64,000 nt of DNA, from NCBI RefSeq assembly GCF_022539665.2, contig NC_081331.1, forward strand, positions 2,046,001-2,110,000, read 5' to 3'. The position numbers were made by a program, and so were the translations under genes. Source of the stretch: Daphnia carinata. Lineage: Eukaryota. Of this stretch, positions 50,505-64,000 are shown one piece after another. The notes beneath the pieces are model-generated. The model had not been told where the DNA came from and made no database searches. It was given only the letters and a program-made list of their open reading frames with translations. Positions within the stretch are counted from its first letter, which is position 1, and each line of letters begins with the position of its first letter.

Positions 50505-51978
50505 ATGGTTCTACGGTTGGCTGCCCAATTCGTAGTCGTAATCGCCATGATCCCAACTTTCTTTGCCGAAAGAAGAATGTTGTTAAATGAGGAGTTTGAT
50601 TCCATGGAAAGATGGGAGCATGTTGTCACATCCTATCGAATGGGTGAAAATCAATTTCAATATTACACCCGTCGGCCAGAAAACAGGTGTAACATTTTGA
50701 CACATACTTTCGTTTTTGTGTTGTCTTTACGGTATAGACTTGTGTACTCAGTTTTATTAGAGACGGAAAACTCTTCATTAAACCCACTTTAACAACAGAC
50801 CGTTTCGGCGAAAAGTTTTTACATAACGGCAAGTTCAACCTTAAGAGAGAAGGCTGTAATCTGGCTGTGGGTGGAGGATGCGTACTGTGAGTATAAATAT
50901 ATATATATTTTTGTTCTTACTATGAATTGTTTCTTAAATTTAATACATTACTTGCACAGCAAAGCAAATCTTGATATAGCCAATCCTATCCAGTCAGCTG
51001 CTTTAGTTACAAAAGCAAAGTTTAGTTTTACCTATGGGACACTGGAAGTTCGAGCAAAAATGCCCCGTGGCGATTGGCTGTGGCCAGGTATGTTCCAATA
51101 AAGAATAAATTGTTAATCATAAGTTACTGTCGATTTGATCAAATCTATTTCTTCCGTTTGGATAATAATTTTAGAAATATCCCTAATGCCAGCGAATAAT
51201 GTCTACGGTGATTGGCCGTTATCAGGCTATATAGGTTTAGTATCAGTCAGAGGGAATGACAACTTCACTTGCCAAGGGCAATCGATGGGCAATGATGTGA
51301 TGGAATCCATCTTAGAATGGGGTCTTAGCGAAGACATCAATCATGCCAGATCAATGACGTGGATGAGGTAAGAATAAATTGTTTGCAAAATTTTCTAAAA
51401 ATTATTAATATTGTAATACTAATTGCAAAATAGCAAAGCTCAGGGAAACGTTAGCTTTTCTTCTGAATTTCGAACTTATCGGTTAGAGTGGAATCCAAAT
51501 GGACTCCATACATTTGTTGACGATCAGATCGTGGGTTCCATACAGCCACCAGAAACTGGTTTTTGGGGATTATCTGGATTTCATAACACAGATCATAATC
51601 CTTGGGCTAATGGCACTATAATGGCCCCATTTGACCAAGAGGTAATAATTGATTTGCAGCTGAATCTAAAAAAGAATTTTACGAAATTTTAGGTAAATGG
51701 TTTTACAGTTTTTCATTGCCATTAATGTGGCGGTGGGTGGGGACTTATTTCAAGATAACTGCGCCAGTTATCCGTACCCCAAACCATGGAACAAGTCGTC
51801 ACCTGTTACGCCCATGAGCTCATTTTGGAACAAGAAAGATGAATGGTACCTCAAAAGAATGCACTACTATTGAAATTCTGCTTTAATCTTACCTTCATTC
51901 AGGTATCCTACGTGGTCTCAGTCATCCGCAGACGATTCTGCTTTGCAAGTTGATTACGTTCGCGTTTATGCTCACTAG
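50505..51978 (+). CDS. GH16 beta-1,3-glucan-binding/GNBP-like protein lacking the catalytic acids
   Basis: Signal peptide, ENQFQYY, LFIKPTLT, NPIQSA, FSFTYGTLEVRAKMPRGDWLWP, NPW..GT.MAPFDQEF, NVAVGG, LQVDYVRVYA. Confidence 0.9.
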
Positions 51979-52655
51979 TAACAGATAAGCGAATTCAGCA
52001 TAGCCATCGAATTTCCATTATGACATTCACAAATTAGGTAACCTAAAGATGCGCATGCGTTCTTATCAACGCATGCGCAATTCGTAAACTGATACAATGA
52101 GTCTAAAAAAATCGTTTAAATTAAACTCAGCAAATAAACAATCAGAACATTATCTATTGCTCCTTCTCCGGCAAAAGCAAACAATTAGTTAGTCAGTGAA
52201 AAGGCTTCCTACCTTTGCTGGTGTAACTTTACTTGTAGTCTGTTTCCATGTGCGTACGGTGGTCACGCCCCTAAGCGATGCGATTGCTGAACGTGGACGT
52301 TTATTATACATTGTTCCATGAGGCGTTGGGAAGCCTAACAAAACTAAAATTTTCTAATTTATTAGACAACTGAGTGCGTGTTGAAGTGTCAAACATTTTT
52401 CAATTCCGTAATGGCTTTTGACGAGTACACAAGTTTGACCATAGCCGAGGCATGTGGCACCGCTAAATTGAATATTCTAGTTCATTACCTTGATTGTATT
52501 CCTACATTAAAAATTTAAAAATAATTCGTAAATGTTTGCAACGGTTACATTTCATTTTGAAATAGTGTCAGGCCAAGCGATGGTTGTCACCTGTCAAGTG
52601 GAATAAAAACAAAACATGGGATGATCCATGCTTTTTGGAAGATTATGCCACAAAT

Positions 52656-54905
52656 TTAATTTACCGTAGAATCAGGTAAAACTTTGATTACTGGAGGTGG
52701 ACGCCGACCCTGTTTTCTGAGCAATTTTGGGTTGCTCATCGCCAAATTCGCAATGGTTTTCGGCATGCTCCGTTTTTGGCGAAAACACCAATCGCAACAC
52801 AGGAAATAGCACAGTTCAATTGCGCTAATGATGCTGAAGCCAAGGCAAAGACCCAATATACCACCAACGGAAGCTGTCAACAAATTTCACAACACAATAT
52901 TTTTTTTAACATTATTTATTTCTGCTAGAAAATGATTTTCTAGTGTTTACCTAAAAGTTCTTTGTTGCCGAATGGAGCGTCCATCGAAAAACTTTCACCA
53001 GCGTTGTATTTGAAGAACACGCGGAGGCCAATCAGCTTCACACTGCCATTGTAAGAAATTAATTAGTAAAAATACATAGAATTTCAAAATCAATTGTTAA
53101 CCTGTAATTAGCGTCCATATTTTTATTTTTGGATATCCGCTTGAAAGTCCTCGTTGCCGGAAATCCCGTAGGAGATAACGGAGCTGAAGAAATTTCCGTT
53201 GTGAACCATTGGTCTTTACAGTTTGCCGGGCACATGCAGTTTGCAGTAACTGGTGCCGTGAAAATAGCTTGAACTATCGACAAAAAATTATTTTCATAAA
53301 AATTTTCGCATATTTGCAACAGTCGGCAAACCATAGACACTGGTAACACAAGGATAGGCTTGTAGTTTGCAGGTGGGAGCTGGAATGCTTACTGAAAATA
53401 CAAGAAATCAGCTTATTCTATTGAGAGGTATCCATTCACTAAACTTTCTTCTATTATACCTTTTATAAAATAAGGTAAGCAGTGACATGCTTCTAGAATT
53501 TTTTCAGCGCGGCACTCGAAAAGGCAACTGGAGCGCGTGTAATTAACATTTTGGCTGTACCTGAGGGATCCTTCGCCGTCAACATAACACTGACGTCGTT
53601 CGAAAGATACTGCTTGGACAGCTGGCGTGTAGCTGACTGAAAAACTGTTGAGAGCTACAAAATTTTCGTAGCCTGATCCAACTATGAATCCGCGTTCAAT
53701 CACGTCCGAAAATTCATCTTTGTTGTGCAACAGAATCTTAGAACAAAACGGCGAGATATTTATTAAAGTTTACAATGAAAATGTTTTACGTAATCACAAA
53801 CTTTACCTTGAAACCATCAATACTGACAGGGCTGAGGGCATTGTCGTTCAAGTTAGGATCAAGTATGATTCGTAAAGCGGAATGAACACCATAATCGTAA
53901 ACAGTGCTACTCGACCTGTGATAAAAATTTGATATCTCTTAAATGCGACAGAACGTATTGTTTTTACACCTAAACTTAATAACAAACCTATTTTCAACAT
54001 CGTTGTCAAGAGCGGCGACAACCAAGGAGCAACAGTAACCATCATCAGTTGGCCTAAGAGACATAATACGCTCACAAGCAACAATGTTCGATTTCCTGGT
54101 TTGATAGTAACACGAATACAGAATTAAAATGAGGGCACGATATTTAAGTTTATGTTATGGTAAAGAAAATTGGCTTACCATTGACAATCCACAACCATAT
54201 CGTTGCAAGCAGGTCGCACTTGACGGACAACCTCAACTAAATCTGCAATTTTGATATTATGTTCGGTGAGCTCTTGAAGCAGTTGTTGGAAGCCATCATC
54301 TTCGTCTTCGCTTAACAGGTCATCAAATTTCGTCATGTAACGAATTGTTTTTACCAAGGAGGAATAATTCATCCAACTATACCTATACAAAACACAGAAT
54401 TAGTTTCATTGGCTGGCGGTGTCTAGGCATAAGCCCAAATGCAGTAACAACTTCGGTTCTTGAAGTACATAAGCTAATTTCTTTTCAGAGATTTTGTTAG
54501 TGCTGCACATCGTAATGACGGGAAAGTTCATTGGGTTGTGTGTGATCACTGTCGGATCGCGGGTAATTAAAATCGATGAATCGCTCCACTTAGTCCATTC
54601 CAGATAGCACATCCATACCGAAACGCAGCAACCGGCGATCACAAGTGACAGCCATAATATCCTGTATAACATAGAAGGGCATCAAATACTTGGATATGAA
54701 AATATTAACAAAACAAGAAAATTGTTTACCTTTCGAAAACGGGCCTGTCTCGCTCTCCTATGTACTTCAGTCCATGTATAGACGTATTACGCAAGAATTC
54801 GTCAGTAATTTCAGCCATTCCATTGTTCTGATTCCAACTCTCGTTACCGCCAGGCTTTTGTCCTAATGAACTTTGATTACGAGGAAAGTATCTTTCCCTT
54901 GTCAT
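52656..54905 (-). CDS. DEG/ENaC (pickpocket-family) sodium channel
   Basis: N-terminal NTSIHGLKYI, FPVITMC, YTRSSCLFEC..C.CLPYF, CMCPANC, and TM2 GGILGLCLGFSIISAIELCYF. Confidence 0.92.
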
Positions 54906-55497
54906 CGCGGGGCTACACCTGGATGATTACGCTTCCGAAATTCAACTAGATACGGAGTAGACGCGTGACAGACGGTTGCTACGAAAATGCTAGAAAAACA
55001 ATAAAAGCACTTTAATCATCATGCATTACGCGCTCTAGTCAAACAATTTACGCTTCTTGATGTCAGTTCAAGATATTTCGTTTTGTGATGACCGCCAGGT
55101 AGATATCCTTCAGCAAGGCTATACATACTCCTCTAGAAGCAAAATTGTTTGGACTTAATGAAATGCATGAAAAAATATTTTCGAATTTCGCTTTACTCAG
55201 AGTGGGCACTTCTCGGTTCCATTCTTTTTAAGTGCCCTTCACAAGAAAATCTATTGTAGTTACTGGCGGAATACGACTATCCGTTAGATTAAGCAGATAA
55301 ATGTTAAACATGAGTTCCACGACGAAACTACAAAACATTTAAAGCTGCTTAATAACTCTCAAGCCGATATATTCAAACAAGAAGCAGGAACTAAATGGTA
55401 TTGTGGATAGGAAAAACAATGGCGATTTCCTATGAGATTCCAAAGGCAGCGAGATACTTTGCAAAGGGGATGCGTAAATGCAACACTGTGCAGTTAT

Positions 55498-58400
55498 TCA
55501 TTTGTGTGCTTTTTTTAGCTCTTTGTGCTGAGCGGCTTTCCTTGTTGCCGCGGTCACATGTACCCAACGAGGTACAGCTGGTATCAGCACGAACAAAATA
55601 CTTTGGATAGCCAGGAGGATGTGATCAAGAGAAACGCAGATCAGGGCACGAGTCCAGTTGTTGACAGGATTGGCCGGACTATCAGGCAATGCTCCACCAT
55701 CGACTGCTGGAATCTCTGGTAAAGACATTACGTATAGTAGGCCACAATTCGTTACGACAGCCATTGAACAAATCATGCGGAAGGCCGGCTCCCAAGCTCC
55801 GATATGAGCAACACGTGCTGGTGTAGGGCGTCGATGAATGTGAACAAGTTTAAAGGCATCCACGCGGAGTTCAGCTACGTTGTTGAGAAATGCCCAAAGT
55901 GACGCTGTCGGGTATGCAGCAACGAAGAGTACCACATAACCAAACTGAATATACAACTCCAAGTAATCCTCGATCGTCCCCTGTCATAATAATGTAAGTA
56001 CACTTCTCAATGATTTACTTGACAGGGAAAAAATTTCATAACTGATTTTACCTCATAGGGTTCGAGAAGAGACTCTTTCTGTGCCTGCTGGACAACCGAA
56101 TTACCAGGTTCCAGTATTTGCACGTTCAGTCGCTCCAGCGTCTTGCAGACTTCATGATCTTTTTCCGACGATTTTGAATTAGACGTGTTCTGAATGGAGA
56201 ACAGATTTAATGAAATTTTTGCTACGAACTGAAGTTAATTGAACTTACTTTACTCAACACATAACAAAGATTGAGGTATGGAATAAGTGTCTCTGTGAGT
56301 TGATTGATAACTTGAAAAACCAGCAACATTAGTACCACTTGCTGTTGATAAAGACAAAAAGAAATGTTGTTATTGCAATATTAGGTGAAAATAATGTTGT
56401 AACTGACCCATTGAAGCATAGGAATATCTTGTAAGTAAAACGCAATGTAGAAGAGAGACATGAAATTGTTGACAAATTCGAAAAGCAACAGCTTAGTGAC
56501 GCGATTGCTTTCGAATTGAGAATCCGTCCGGTGATTCTCTAGTAAGGGAAAACGCAGATTAATTCCTTTTGTTAAAAGAATTAATTGGAAATTTAAAAGG
56601 AAAATACCCCATTCTGTCAGTTTAGTGGCCAGTTTCCGATAGATCTGATTGGCGAACCAGACGAGGATCGCATAGATGACTGTGGGCGTCGAAACAATGC
56701 AAAGTGCTAGCCCACGCCAGAATAAATCATCACTAGGCCAGGTTGATGTCCACTCCATTAACATTGTTTCTTTCCAGATGGATTCGAGCATCACCCAAAA
56801 AGCTACCAATGTGCAGAGAAGTACAATAGGCAGGGAGACACAGTATAGCTTAATGAGAGTCTTCCAACGAGGATAGTACCTACGTAATTTATGTGTTTAT
56901 TAGATACTACCAAAATAGAAATATGTTTTATAATCAAATAGCATTTACGGTTGTAGCTGGCCAGTTATGGGATCTATTCTTAGCGGTCCGCGGTAGTTTG
57001 CTCGTGGTTCTCCCTGTCCGCCTCCATATTTACTCTTGGTGTTCCAGAGAAAGCAGAGTCCATTACTACGTCTCTTCCAAAACTGTAAATTAAGGATGAC
57101 GGATACCAAAATGCAGATATTAAACAAACAAACAAACAAACGAAAATAAAAAACTAGCTAACAGGATAGTACCTCCATCAAGAGAAACGCCCAGAGCATG
57201 TATAGCACGCAAAATAGGATTTGGATCTCAAACTCCGTATTTCGATAGTAACTATGAACAAGTCCGATGCATGTCGGTGCTAAGAGAGCCCACGTTAGCA
57301 TCTCCAAAAATGCAAAATAGAATCCAACGCCTTCTCCATAATATCGGCGAACGTCGTCTATGCAGCAAATGAAAGACGATTAGATCAAAAACTGACCATT
57401 AAAATATTTCTTTTGATAGCATACTTAGTGGCAACTGCTTCGCGATGCATTTTAGGCTATTGATTAGCCAGCCGTGACTTATCCGCTTTAAACTTTCTGG
57501 TTCATGAAGAGGATAGATGCTGTTGATCAGTTTCTTGTGAAGCAGCTTTTCCACTGTAAATGAATTAAAAGTTTATTTCAATGGATAAATTTTAATAGGA
57601 AATATCCCCACTGATTTAATTTCTTTCAAAAACAATTTTCTTCAAAGAAATTCAAAAAATAGTATCGTACGTTAGATAACATGTGTTAAATTTTATGACA
57701 TGATGCAGCCAAAAATGCATTTCTTTGCATCGATTCAGCCCTACGATTTCTTTCATAGCGACTAACTTTTGGCAGTTGTTTATTTTTTGTTTGGTTTTTT
57801 TGGAGGGAGGGAGAGGGAAAAGAAGCCGTGAAAGATAAGTTAGTAAGGGCAATTTCAAATTACGGAGATGTCAACTCTACTTGGAGAGGATGGGCAGAGA
57901 GCGCGGTAAAAATTCCAAGCAAGCGTATCCCCAGAACAAATCTTACCAATTGATTGACCCTGAAACAGCGTCATTTTCGTACTCCCGATCTGAAGAACCT
58001 GTTTAGTCTCAGACCTGACACTATCAATTTCATGACGAATCATCCACAGAATATCAGCTGGGGTGAAGAGGGATCTTGCATCAATTGCTGTTTCTTCCCC
58101 TCCATCATGATCATTATTTTCTTGCAATATTGTGATTTCATCACTTTCTAGTGACAGCTCATCTGGGGCGTTGCTACCAAGTAAACTGCCAAATGGAAGC
58201 TTACCATCAATGGTCCTAATTCGACACTTTTTGGCCACATTGATTAGCCTTTCAGGGCTGATGGAGACAAACACACACAAGTTCTATGTGAAAGATAGAA
58301 TACTGACAGTTTTAGCATTCATCTATCAATTTAACAAAAGAAAGTAAGTTTACTTTACCTGGTCTGAGGTCGGTGTTGAACTGCTCATCTGCAAACCATA

Positions 58401-58511
58401 TTCCGAAAAAGCGCCTAGAATCCAGTTCAAGAGCCATGATACATCTTCCGTTTTTGCGTTTTTTGTGGATAATTCAAGAACATAAACTGGCCAATCTTCC
58501 ACATTCATCAT
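55498..58511 (-). CDS. Anoctamin-10 (TMEM16K)-like scramblase/channel
   Basis: LPLNVRRYYGEGVGFYFAFL region, LTEWENHRT, FEFVNNFMSLFYIAF, DYLELYIQFGYVVLF, NNVAELRVDAFKL, IGAW. Confidence 0.9.
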
Positions 58512-59005
58512 GGTGAAAAGGTTTCTTGCTCAATCTTACTGTTTAACACACAAAAATGTTTATTGCTCAATGAAAACACATAGAGCTGGTCGTGAAGGTA
58601 TCCGAAACAGATAACATTTCCCCCCGTAACAGCAAGTCTACGGTGTAAAAGTAAATAGATATCTAGACGTCTGCGAACCGAAGACGACGTTGCCATTTGT
58701 GTGAAATTTTTGGCTTGCATTTTCGATTTTTTCGAATTGAAATAGAATTAAATAGTTATAGGAACCCAGGTTTCTATAACTATAATTATAGCATGATTAT
58801 AACAAGCTTTTTTCGGATTTAGAATTAGAAATTGAGATTGGAAAACAAGAAAATAAGGACAATTGAGTGAAAACTTTTCGGCAACATCGTCTTAATTCAA
58901 ACATCGTCAGTCGACAACTGACTGAATTGTTCCAATATTGCATGTTGTTAAATTTTTTTACTTCCTTTTGTTGTTAACAATTACCCAATTTGCTTGCTGT
59001 GAAGC

Positions 59006-61583
59006 ATGAAGGTAGAAGAAATGCTCGAGAAATTTCGGTCTGAAACACTCAGTTCCATTGAAGCAGTACGTATTGCCACTTCCACTGGGCACACAGACTC
59101 GTTTTCATGAACTGCACTAATAAATGTGTTGGTTTTATTACATTTAATTTAGCTAAGATTTCCTACGGCTTTATATTGGGCAGAAAAAGCTGTCACGGCA
59201 TCCGATGGATCATTCCAAGACGTCTATATGTTGGGAAAATGCATGTTTTTTTGCAAACAGTATCATAGGGCTGCTAAGCTTATAACACAAGCCCATTTAG
59301 ATGAAGTACTCTATTTTGTTAATTACAGTTTTAATAACATAACTCAACTATTTGGCTTTACAGAAACATCTCAACTGCAAACATCTTGCTGCCCAATGTC
59401 TCTATGAAGCACAAATGTATGCTGAAGCTTTACAGCTGCTCAAAAATGATCACATGTGGAATGACACAGGACTACGAAATCAAAAGCCACAATTAGGGGA
59501 TTCTACTTCCCTGAGTCAACAACACAGTGTTGGGTTTGCCATGTAGTGGTAGTTGTTTGAAAATATTTCCTTATTGTACAACTTGTTAGGTGCATAGTTC
59601 TATGTATCTCCTGCGAGGAAAGGTCCATGAAGCTATGGATAACCGTATCCCAGCTATTGAAGACTACAAAATGGCCCTTAAACTTGATGTTTATTGTAGT
59701 GAAGCCTTTGAAATGTTAGTTCACCATGAAATGCTCACTCCTGAAGAAGGTTGAAAGAGAATTTGTTTCCTGCTAATTGGTTTGAATGATATGAAAATGA
59801 AGATTATTTTAAATTCAACAGAAAACGATTTGCTGGAACACCTCCCGTTTGACGAACAATGCACGAGCTACGAAGATGAAGCCAAGCTGTTGAGGGCTCT
59901 TTACACCGATCAAGTCAGAAAATACTGCAAGCCGGAGGAAAGGGCTCCATCAAGCGAATTGATGCCATTACGAAAAAATCTATCAATTCGTGTCAACCAC
60001 GCTCAGAGGATGCTTAATGGATGTGATTATCGAGGATGTTTCAACATGCTCCAAGAGTAATCCTAAACGATACGCTATGTTACTAAGTTTCTTCAACATT
60101 CTGTTTTGTAGGATCATGAAAGCGGATCCAAATCATCAAGCGTGTCTTCCTATTTATATCACGTGTTTAGTGGCTATGAAAAATTCGCAAAGTATGCATG
60201 ACCCATGGAATCCTCATCAGTTTTCTCATATTTCTTTTCTTTTAAAGTTTTGTTCACACTATCACATCGATTGGTCGATTCCGAACCGGACAATGCCACT
60301 TCCTGGTTTGCTGTGGGATGCTACTATTACGTCATTGGTCGGTTTGAAGAATCTCGAAAATATCTTCATAAAGCAACAACGTTGGACCGGAATCTCGGAG
60401 CTGCGTGGCTCATGCGTGGCCATGCATTCGCTGCAGAGAATGAACACGACCAAGCAATGGCTGCCTACTTCAAAGCGTCACAGTTGATGCGCGGGTTAGT
60501 TAACTTATCTACTTGTTAATTCAAACCAAATCTAATTGCGTTTACAGTTCGCACCTCCCAATGCTGTACGTTGGTCTGGAACATGGACTAATGAGCAACG
60601 TTCGACTGGCCAATAGTTTCTTTAATCAGGCCCATTCCTTGGCGCCTGATGATCCTTTCGTCTTGCACGAACTGGGCACTGTGGCTTATCAGAACGGTGA
60701 CTATCAGTTGGCGGAAAAGTGTTTCTTACAAGCGGTGGATATGGTTTCCTCCATGCGGCACACAACCTCATCCGGCGATTCGAATGATTTCCCAATGGAT
60801 GACACATGGGAACCTTTACTGAATAATCTAGGTCACGTCTGTCGCAAGTTGAAAAAATATGAACAGGCCATTGATTTCCATCAGAAAGCGTTACTGGTCA
60901 GTCCCATGCGTGCCAGCACATTCGCCGCCTTAGGTTACGTTTATGCATTAACGCTAAAGTATGATCAAGCGATCGAATACTTCCAAAAAGCCCTTGCTCT
61001 TAAACGAGACGATACGTTTTCAACGACGATGCTCAATTCCGTACTGGAAGCATATCTCAATGAAGCACCGGCTTTTCTAGGTAGTAGTTCGCGTACAATT
61101 TCATGACAATTATGGGTCTAAGGAAACAAATTTTTTCTATTTACAGGGGCTCCTAAAGAAATCCCTCCACCCGTTACCAACTTGGCAGAAACATCAGGCA
61201 ATCGTCATGTCTTGGCCACTCCAGGTATCAGCAAGCGACTCATGGCCTCGACATCTGCCATGGAAATGAGTAACATGTCGATGCCAGATATTAGTGAAGA
61301 AGATGTCATTCAAATGGATACCCCTGGTTATTACTTAGGTAACATATTCCAATCTTATTTTAAATACAATATACTAACGTTATGTCAAGCAGATGCTCGA
61401 GATGACGACTCGGTATTGAGTGGGATAGCTTCTTTGCGTACACCATCGGATGCGTTAGTCACTCCGGCTAACAGTGGTACTGTAGGGTTCGGTTTCCGTC
61501 CTGGTGAACTTGGTCGAGGACATATGCGACAGGCTGCTGAAACAATTGAAGAAGACACCCCAGATATTATCCAACGACGTTGA
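59006..61583 (+). CDS. CDC16: Cell division cycle protein 16 (APC6), TPR subunit of the APC/C
   Basis: TALYWAEK, LRGKVHEAMDNR, SWFAVGCYY, GHAFAAENEHDQAMAAYFKA, HLPMLYVGLE, DPFVLHELG, WEPLLNNLGHVCRKLKKY, LKRDDTFSTTML. Confidence 0.95.
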
Positions 61584-62336
61584 AATTGTTCCCATGCCAG
61601 ACACTGAAAAAAATTTAAAAATAAAAAACATTGTGGCTATTAAAAATGTTTGTCATTTCAACTGACTAAGAGGCAAGCCATGTACAAACGTTTCATGTAT
61701 TTCGTTTCTTTGTAGTCCGTGTAAATCCTGATTGAAGGAGTATAATAGCCAGACGGAGACGCAGTACCCATATTATAACCTAGGACATCCGCGTGGTCAC
61801 TTTAACACGGGAGAGAGGGCGGGAAGGAAAAAGGATGGCAAAAAAAAAAACACACGATGCGAACGGGTGAGAAAAAACGTGTTAAATTTTACACAGTTTA
61901 AGATACGGTGTTGTCTGTGTGTGACAAAGTTGATCGGCAAAAAAATTAAGAAAAAAAAAAAACAACACAATGGTCGATACACTTAAGATGGCCGTGATGT
62001 GGTGGACATCGTCACTTTCGGGAGGCTACATGATGGATTGCGGCGAAGAAAACAGTTGCACTAAGTATCCCAATGGAAGAATATTTGTCAATGGCGGAGA
62101 CGAAACGTCACAGGACACTCGTCATCGTCTAGAGCGCACAGAAGGGGGCCGAATGTTTTTCCCCGAAAAAAAGACGATGACAAATTTCCCTCTGACACAT
62201 TTTTTGTTTAAACTTGTTTTTAGGTTTTTGACGGCCGCAACATAGTAATTCACAGGATCTCCTCAGAGTCTCTTTCATTTTGTACTTGGCGTCCATTGAG
62301 TAGTAGCGGAGGGATCAAGGGAACAAGGGGAACCTT

Positions 62337-64000
<1,664 letters not shown>

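Overview
Eukaryotic, gene-dense DNA with many short (about 55-80 nt) GT-AG introns; an arthropod, most like a Daphnia-type crustacean (inference from gene content and style). Protein-coding genes in order: GABA-B receptor R3-like (-, runs off the left edge), two tandem secreted Thr-rich paralogs (+), PRAS40/Lobe-like (+), NCAPG2 (-), mRpL13 (+), septin-7/pnut (-), a MADF-BESS factor (+), a DEAH helicase-RBR E3 ligase fusion (-), a catalytically dead GH16/GNBP (+), a DEG/ENaC channel (-), anoctamin-10-like (-), CDC16/APC6 (+) and CtBP (-, runs off the right edge). Highlights not visible in the ORF track: (1) a non-coding multi-intron host gene at about 15.9-18.3 kb with one guide RNA per intron, including two long box C/D RNAs antisense to U2 snRNA (predicted Gm25 and Gm11), tandemly duplicated 28S guides with one decaying copy, and an H/ACA candidate; (2) two in-phase alternative last exons of septin-7, one polybasic and one ending in the CaaX motif CKQQ; (3) the DEAH-RBR protein has a duplicated RING2/Rcat module and a C-terminal CaaX; (4) a 2.9-kb modular foldback/palindromic repeat. 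Exon boundaries and RNA targets were read by eye, and reference U2/28S sequences are from memory; none of this was computed.
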